A program made the translations under genes and the position numbers. Source: Candidatus Asbonarchaeum danakilense (lineage in GTDB: Archaea > Nanohalarchaeota > Nanosalinia > Nanosalinales > Nanoanaerosalinaceae). Taken from it: a DNA stretch of 31,124 bases. A model generated the notes under the pieces. That model was not told the DNA's origin. It made no database searches and saw only the letters and a program-made list of their open reading frames with translations. The DNA is taken from positions 2,993-34,116 of the forward strand of contig JAXINV010000059.1 in NCBI GenBank assembly GCA_034190465.1. The letters run 5' to 3'. Below are positions 25,696 through 31,124 of this stretch, one piece after another; the first letter of the stretch is position 1; every line of letters begins with the position of its first letter.

Positions 25696-26556
25696 TCATA
25701 CTGCCAGCCCGAGGACGTGGATGGCGACTGTCGACGCCACGATGAGCAGGATGCCGACAAGCCGGTGCAGGTTGAACGCCTCGCCCAGCTCCTCCGTGGC
25801 GATGAAGAAGACGAAGACCGGGATGAACTGGGACAGTGCTTTCGTCGTGATGACGTTGAACCTGGCGAGGGCGTACAGCATCAGCACCCACTGGCTGACG
25901 ACGAAGACGCACTTGAACCCGATGATGCCGTAGGTCCGCCGATCGATGTGGCTGAAGTCTGGCCGCAGCACGGCGAGCAGGACGGCGGCGATGGCGATAC
26001 CGCGGAGCCAGTACAGTGTCGGCGCGTTGACTAGGCTCCACTCGGTGAGCAGGTACCGCATCGGGATCGCAGAGAATCCGAACAGCATCGCTGACACGAG
26101 CACGTACAGCGTCTCCCGCCGCTGCAGGTCGTTGACGGGGTCGACCAGCTCACCGGTCTCGATGACGTAGAGCGAGAGCACGATGGCGATCGTGGCGATG
26201 AACACGCCGGGGCCGAAGTGCGCCGGGAGCAGCAGCGGCGCAAGGATCGCGGTGAACAGTGGAGACATCGCTGCGAGCGCTGTGACCTTTGACACGTCCT
26301 CGCCGCTGAGCGCTGTGAAGAACAGCAGGTTGCCGACAGCGTCCGTGGCGATGATCAGCAGGAAGAACGGGACGAAGACGGCGAGCTGTTCGACGTGGAA
26401 GAACAGCGGCGCGAACGGTGCCATGATGACGGCGACACCGACGAACGTGAGCACGGTCAGCTGCCGTGCACCGATCCGGTCGACGAGGGCCTTGGAGATG
26501 GACGTGGCGATGGCGCCGCCGAGCGCGGAGATGAGCGGGATGAGGGTCGCAAGCAT
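25696..26556 (-). CDS. EamA/DMT family transporter
   Basis: ~10 TM helices in two repeats; AL...VS....L.A.SPLFTAIL and E......RLVG patterns. Confidence 0.85.
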   Translation of the reverse strand: MLATLIPLISALGGAIATSISKALVDRIGARQLTVLTFVGVAVIMAPFAPLFFHVEQLAVFVPFFLLIIATDAVGNLLFFTALSGEDVSKVTALAAMSPLFTAILAPLLLPAHFGPGVFIATIAIVLSLYVIETGELVDPVNDLQRRETLYVLVSAMLFGFSAIPMRYLLTEWSLVNAPTLYWLRGIAIAAVLLAVLRPDFSHIDRRTYGIIGFKCVFVVSQWVLMLYALARFNVITTKALSQFIPVFVFFIATEELGEAFNLHRLVGILLIVASTVAIHVLGLAV

Positions 26557-26559
26557 GGA

Positions 26560-27075
26560 TCAGTCACCGATCAGTTCCTGTACGGTCTCTGCCAGTTCCT
26601 GGACGTGCGGGTCGTGGATGTCCATCGATTCGAGTTTTTCGTGCGTGTTGAGGACGTACTCAGCCCCTGTCCCTGCCTTCCCGGATCCTTCGACAGCCAT
26701 CCGGGCGCGTTCCTTGATGCTGTGGTCGCCGATGTAGCTTTCGTCGTGGTCGTTGACGGCGACATGGGCTTTCACGTCTCTGCCGTCCTCCAGGTGAACG
26801 GGGGCCTTCTCGAAGGAGAAGCCGCTGCCCTCGCGTTCCCTGAGGTAGTCCATGACGTCGTCGAACCGGTCCTCGGCGACGCGGAGCGCCAGCCCGACGC
26901 ATTCACCGCCTTCCTCCAGGCCGAGCGTGGGTGACGGATGTTCTGGCGTCCCCCACCTGACTGTGGAGCGCTTGTTGAAAGCGCGGTGGAAGCCGTCCAT
27001 GACGCCGCGGACGCACTCTTCTGGCTCGAACCCGGGCTGCCACATCAGGGAGCCGTAGGCGAAGATCCAGGGCAT
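26560..27075 (-). CDS. chaC: ChaC-family gamma-glutamylcyclotransferase
   Basis: WIFAYGSLMWQPG, F...S...GTPEHP..TLGL, YLRERE and G..G...EY motifs. Confidence 0.9.
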   Translation of the reverse strand: MPWIFAYGSLMWQPGFEPEECVRGVMDGFHRAFNKRSTVRWGTPEHPSPTLGLEEGGECVGLALRVAEDRFDDVMDYLREREGSGFSFEKAPVHLEDGRDVKAHVAVNDHDESYIGDHSIKERARMAVEGSGKAGTGAEYVLNTHEKLESMDIHDPHVQELAETVQELIGD

Positions 27076-27157
27076 CGCTGGACGGGATTTGGCCCGCACG
27101 GTTTTTATGTGGTGCGGTCCGCCACCTACTTCAAGCCGGGACGCCAATCATGGCGTG

Positions 27158-27622
27158 ATGGACGACTGGCTGGACGAGATCGACGACGAGGTCGACGACC
27201 TGCTCGGTGACCCGGACACGGACGGTTCCGCGCAGCCACGGCACTCCTTTCCTGACGACGGCTACGAGGACGATGCTGCCGAGGAGGTCCGGCTCGACCC
27301 GAAGCCGTACGAGCCGAAAGACACCGATCCGGGACGATACGATGTGGTGATCGACCGGGAGCAGGGATCGGCGTCGCTGGTCCCGCCGTCGGAACGCGAA
27401 GGCCTCGAAGACGACCGGTACCGGGTTCTGTCGGAGCCGCCGGCGATGGAGGAAGAGGAACGGCGGTACGAGGACGGGAAGCGGTATGAAGGACCGTCGT
27501 CGCTGGAGCATGCGGCCGCTGCGACGGTCGCGGGCACGGTGACCTCCGCGTTCATGGCTGCTGAGGCCGGGTTGGAGGCGACGTACAACGGCCTCCGGAG
27601 CCTGGTCCGGATGTTGGACTGA
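27158..27622 (+). CDS. Hypothetical acidic protein
   Basis: Very acidic, low-complexity ORF filling the gap between chaC and SPFH. Confidence 0.65.
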   Translation: MDDWLDEIDDEVDDLLGDPDTDGSAQPRHSFPDDGYEDDAAEEVRLDPKPYEPKDTDPGRYDVVIDREQGSASLVPPSEREGLEDDRYRVLSEPPAMEEEERRYEDGKRYEGPSSLEHAAAATVAGTVTSAFMAAEAGLEATYNGLRSLVRMLD

Positions 27623-27654
27623 TTTTCTTATACTGCCGCGCCCCAGTACTGTCC

Positions 27655-28635
27655 ATGTCACCGACCATCCCGGAGCAGGGTGCGGGCCAGGCCCCGCAGG
27701 TTGATATGTCAAGTGCCTCAGGCGCTGTTGTGAAACTTATCATCGCGCTGGTATCCGCTGTCGTGCTTGGTGTGGCGGGAGCGGCGTTCGCAGGAAGTCT
27801 TGGAGCGCTTGTCGGTGCTGGGATCGGTATCCTGGTGTATTTCTCGATCGTCATCAATCAGGAGTACGAGCGCGCGGTCGTGTTCCGGCTCGGCGGCTAC
27901 TCTCGCGTCCTGGGCCCGGGCTTCAATCTGAAGATCCCGTTCGTGGAGTGGACGCAGAAGGTTGACTACCGGGTGAAGACGGTTAACGTCCAGCCGCAGA
28001 AGGTGCTGACGAAGGACAATGTCACTGTTACGGTCGATGCGATCGTTTTCTACCGCGTGAAGAAGGATGCGGATCAGATCCGTGATGCTGTGCTTGAGGT
28101 CGAGGACTTCGGTGAGGTGACGGTCAACTACGGCCAGACAATGCTCCGAGCGATGATCGGGAAGAAGGAGCTGGATGAGATCCTGCAGAACCGGGATGAG
28201 ATCGCGGACGAGCTCCGTGACCGGCTCGATCAGGCGACGAACGATTTCGGCGTCCACATCCGCGATGTGGAGATTCAGGACGTGTCGATCCCGGACTCGA
28301 TGGAGCGTGCGATGGCCAGCGAGGCGGAAGCCGAGCGTGACCGCCGCGCCCGCATTACGCACGCGCAGGGAGAGCTCCAGGCGGCTGCCCGGACACGGAT
28401 GGCTTCTGAGATCCTGGGATCGGCGGGCTACAAGCTCCGGACGCTGCAGACGATCGACGAGGTCGCGAAGGAGAACTCCACGGTCGTCACCGTCCCTGCG
28501 GAGCTGCTGCCTGGGACGGGGGGTGAGGAGCTGGAGCGCGGCCCCATCCAGGACGTGATGGACCAGGTCCGCGACCAGATCGATCTCGACGACCTGCTCG
28601 GCAACGCGCAGAACTTCCTTGAGCAGGCGAAGTAA
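27655..28635 (+). CDS. SPFH/band-7 (stomatin-like) protein
   Basis: EYERAVVFRLG, GPG....IPF, LTKDNVTVTVDA and AEAERDRRA motifs. Confidence 0.92.
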   Translation: MSPTIPEQGAGQAPQVDMSSASGAVVKLIIALVSAVVLGVAGAAFAGSLGALVGAGIGILVYFSIVINQEYERAVVFRLGGYSRVLGPGFNLKIPFVEWTQKVDYRVKTVNVQPQKVLTKDNVTVTVDAIVFYRVKKDADQIRDAVLEVEDFGEVTVNYGQTMLRAMIGKKELDEILQNRDEIADELRDRLDQATNDFGVHIRDVEIQDVSIPDSMERAMASEAEAERDRRARITHAQGELQAAARTRMASEILGSAGYKLRTLQTIDEVAKENSTVVTVPAELLPGTGGEELERGPIQDVMDQVRDQIDLDDLLGNAQNFLEQAK

Positions 28636-28752
28636 ATGCTCACTGCTCCCGGGCGATGTAGACCGGGCTGTCCTCGGATGGCTGGAACGTGAAGACCATT
28701 GGGCCGGTGCTGTCTTAAGCCTCTGCCGGTAACATTGGTCTGGTGATATTGT

Positions 28753-29100
28753 ATGAGTGCGCTGTCAGATGAGAAGTGTGTCCCGTGCCAGGGCGGTATC
28801 CCGCCGATGGAACCTGAGGAGATCCAGGACCACCTCGATGAGGTGGACGACGGTTGGGAGGTGAAACGCGACCACCACATCACCCGCCACTTTGAGTTCG
28901 ATGACTTCGAGGAGGCGTTGGAGTTCGTGAACGAGGTTGGTGAGGTCGCTGAGGAGGAAGGCCACCACCCGAACATCGAGTTCACGTGGGGTGAGGCCGA
29001 TGTGACGTTCTACACCCACAAGATCGACGGACTGCACAAGAACGACTTCCGCATGGCGGCCAAGGTCGATGAGGTCTATGAGGAGGGGTTCGCGACCTGA
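28753..29100 (+). CDS. phhB: Pterin-4-alpha-carbinolamine dehydratase
   Basis: C.PC.GG N-terminus, AEEEGHHP, THKIDGLH.NDF..AAK. Confidence 0.9.
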   Translation: MSALSDEKCVPCQGGIPPMEPEEIQDHLDEVDDGWEVKRDHHITRHFEFDDFEEALEFVNEVGEVAEEEGHHPNIEFTWGEADVTFYTHKIDGLHKNDFRMAAKVDEVYEEGFAT

Positions 29101-29202
29101 TGGTTAATATCCTCCACCGCCATCCTCCATAAGTTTTAGTTTTGTTAACCTTGACCTGTTTGTTCTTAACATTTTATAAGTCCGCGGTGACAACAGCAGG
29201 GT

Positions 29203-29847
29203 ATGAGTGGTGATGACCGCGACCTCGTGCTCGGGGAGCAGACCCTGTCGACGACGTTCCTGATGGAGATGGAACTCGATACGCTGTCGATGCTGTACGA
29301 GCATGCGGTGACCCGGGTTGAGGACACGGCTGAGCTCACTGGTGTTCATGAGGAGATGGAGGAGATCCTTGATGAGGCCGCGGAGCGTGCTTCTGAGGAA
29401 CTTGCGCGGTATGGTGTCGATTTGGATATCGAGGCACGGTACAACCCGCGTCTGCAAGGGGGTAAATGGGCTGACGATGGGGCTGTTGAGGTCGGCGGTC
29501 CTGGCAGGTGTGACCGTCCGTACCGTCTCGGGACCGAGATCACGCACGAGGCGTTACACGGTTACGCGGAGGAGCAGCGCGATGCGGACCACTATACGGC
29601 GCGGGAAGAGGGGTTGATGCAGACCTGGAATCTCTACTATGATGATGTGATTGAGTCTGAGGAGGAACGTGAGGAGCACCTGGATGATGTCAGACGGGTG
29701 TATAATGAACATGGCTCGATGCCAGAGGGGTTTGGCGATGAGATCTATGAATACGCGCAGCGCTTTGTTGCGATGTACGAGGAGGTGGACGGTGACCCTG
29801 AGGAGCGGATGGAGGAGGTTCTGGATACGGGGATGGGGTTGCTTTGA
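29203..29847 (+). CDS. Hypothetical protein with an HEXXH zincin-like motif
   Basis: THEALHG followed ~15 aa later by REEG; TTTTATAA upstream. Confidence 0.6.
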   Translation: MSGDDRDLVLGEQTLSTTFLMEMELDTLSMLYEHAVTRVEDTAELTGVHEEMEEILDEAAERASEELARYGVDLDIEARYNPRLQGGKWADDGAVEVGGPGRCDRPYRLGTEITHEALHGYAEEQRDADHYTAREEGLMQTWNLYYDDVIESEEEREEHLDDVRRVYNEHGSMPEGFGDEIYEYAQRFVAMYEEVDGDPEERMEEVLDTGMGLL

Positions 29848-29853
29848 CTGCGG

Positions 29854-30846
29854 TCAGAATTCGTAGGTTTCGTTGACGTGCTCGATGCAGTTGCCGAGTG
29901 CACGCCACCGGGCTGCCTCCCACGCTGTTTCGAGGGAGTTGCCGTTACCGTGGTTGAGATCGATGGCGTCGCTGCTGTAGGCTTCGTCACGGTCGTAGAT
30001 GCCGTCGCCATTCTCCCAGTTCGCGTCGTCCAGCATCTCGTCGAGCCCGCTGTAGTCTTCTTTGTCGTCGAAGATGCCGTCTTCCTTGAGTATTGATGAG
30101 ACGTAGTCGTCGATGTCTCTGACCTGGTCGACGTAGGTCTCGACGTTCTCTTGGCTGTCGTAGTTGGCAAGGGCTTCGTCGAGGAGTGTCTCGCTCATGT
30201 CGTACAGGGTCTCGGCGACGTGGTCGAGTCCTTCGTCGAGCTGGTAGGTGCTGTTGTCGATGAAGGCTTCGTCACGTGCTTCCGTTCTCCCGTTGAGAGG
30301 TTTGGGGGCGTCGTCGCCGGGGATCTTGTCTTTTCCCCCGTCGCTGGTGTAGATGCCGGGGTCCCAGTGCACGAGGTACTGTTCGTCGCTGTCTGCAGGG
30401 CTGTAGACCTGGGTATGGACTGTGAAGAGTTCTGTTCCGTCTCCAACATCGACATTCGTGGGGTTGAGTTCGCCCTCTGAACCTGCGACTCCGCCGATGA
30501 CGGTCTCGGCGAAGCTGATGTTGTAGAGTTCGCCGTCGTCGATTGGGGCGTCGGTCTCGATGCCGTCGACGTGCCGGTAGTCTTCGTCGCGTGTCGCGTG
30601 GGCGGAGTGCTCGACGATCCCATCGTTCCCGTTGTGGAATGGGCTGTGTTCGACCATGTCGTCGCGCACGTCATCATCGATAACTGTGCCGAGCGGGTGA
30701 CTGTCTTTGTTCCCGTTAAGGTACCGGATCAGTGTATCGTACCCTCTGACGATCTCCATGCTCTGTTCGCTGCTCAGCGGGTCCTGCCGCTGGAAGCAGG
30801 AGTCTCGGTCCTCGGGGACAGAGAACGTGTTGTTGTCACCCGACAT
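29854..30846 (-). CDS. Hypothetical acidic protein (330 aa)
   Basis: Long, very acidic ORF; TTTAAATA ~25 nt upstream of ATG 30846. Confidence 0.75.
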   Translation of the reverse strand: MSGDNNTFSVPEDRDSCFQRQDPLSSEQSMEIVRGYDTLIRYLNGNKDSHPLGTVIDDDVRDDMVEHSPFHNGNDGIVEHSAHATRDEDYRHVDGIETDAPIDDGELYNISFAETVIGGVAGSEGELNPTNVDVGDGTELFTVHTQVYSPADSDEQYLVHWDPGIYTSDGGKDKIPGDDAPKPLNGRTEARDEAFIDNSTYQLDEGLDHVAETLYDMSETLLDEALANYDSQENVETYVDQVRDIDDYVSSILKEDGIFDDKEDYSGLDEMLDDANWENGDGIYDRDEAYSSDAIDLNHGNGNSLETAWEAARWRALGNCIEHVNETYEF

Positions 30847-30906
30847 GAGTAACAATTTGTTTCGTAGTATTTAAAGCTTCGCCCTCCTGCCCGCTCCTTC
30901 AAGCAA

Positions 30907-30914
30907 TTTAAAAA
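30907..30914 (+). promoter_or_regulatory. TATA box upstream of the repeat array
   Basis: TTTAAAAA ~30 nt before the first repeat at 30943. Confidence 0.55.
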
Positions 30915-30942
30915 GTTGGACGTTGTGAGTAGTACAGAGAAG

Positions 30943-31124
30943 GCGGAGGTAGCCGGGTCCAGGTGCCTGGCAACTCCGGAGAGCATCACGCAAAGTATGC
31001 GGAGGTAGCCAAGTTCCCGTGCTTGGCAACTCCGAAAATCATCGATCAGGCATGCGGAGGTAGCCAAGTGGGCTTGCCAACCTCCTTAAACCAAGTGGCA
31101 AGCAATATGCGGGGGTAGCCAAGT
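30943..31124 (+). repeat. Tandem array of tRNA-Leu 5'-end-derived hairpins, period 55-56 bp
   Basis: GCGGRGGTAGCCRRG at 30943, 30999, 31054 and 31109; units 1-3 fold back on CYTGSCAAC(C)TCC. Confidence 0.85.
31109..31124 (+). tRNA. Possible 5' end of a tRNA-Leu gene, truncated by the window edge
   Basis: The first 15 nt (GCGGGGGTAGCCAAG) are identical to those of the tRNA-Leu at 15221. It could equally be a fourth repeat unit. Confidence 0.45.

Noticed and set aside
28753..29100. PCD as part of a phenylalanine hydroxylase system with pheA
   Set aside because: There is no hydroxylase in the window, and stand-alone PCD homologues are common in archaea.
1393..30852. Many long antisense or alternative-frame ORFs in the track (e.g. 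1393-2232, 4731-5936, 7157-8071, 23819-24772)
   Set aside because: These are typical high-GC shadow ORFs (Ser/Arg/Thr- or Val/Leu-rich) overlapping well-supported genes.
30943..31124. Canonical CRISPR array
   Set aside because: The repeats are degenerate and tRNA-derived, the spacers are only 19-23 nt, and no cas genes are in the window. Reported as a repeat array instead.
15077..31124. Integrated element bounded by the two tRNA-Leu-like sequences
   Set aside because: The matches are in inverted orientation, there is no integrase, and the intervening genes are mostly housekeeping.

Overview
GC-rich archaeal chromosomal segment with a strongly acidic proteome, TATA-type promoters just upstream of many start codons, an intron-containing tRNA and very tight gene packing. 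It comes from an extreme halophile, most likely a nanohaloarchaeon (DPANN); that assignment is my inference and was not tested. Left part: a lipoprotein, then a fructose-to-3-phosphoglycerate cluster (type II GAPDH, complete fructose PTS EI/HPr/IIA/IIB/IIC, 1-phosphofructokinase, PGK, class I aldolase). Next come dcd, a class I LysRS-like protein lacking its anticodon-binding domain, pyrH, a HypA-like protein, VIT1 and GNAT genes, and tRNA-Leu(TAG) followed by degenerate hairpin copies of its own 3' end. Middle and right: Na/Ca antiporter, alpha/beta hydrolase, split lipoate ligase, DsbA, chorismate mutase and pheA, HD protein, divergent pssA/carS lipid genes, a frameshifted tandem HEPN-HEPN gene, M29 aminopeptidase, EamA, ChaC, SPFH, PCD and orphans. 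The window ends in a ~55-bp-period array of hairpins built from a tRNA-Leu 5' end. The best novelty candidates are the catalytic-only LysRS1 paralogue, the tRNA-end-derived hairpin arrays and the dual-HEPN protein. Several start codons were re-assigned from the ORF track using homology and promoter spacing.
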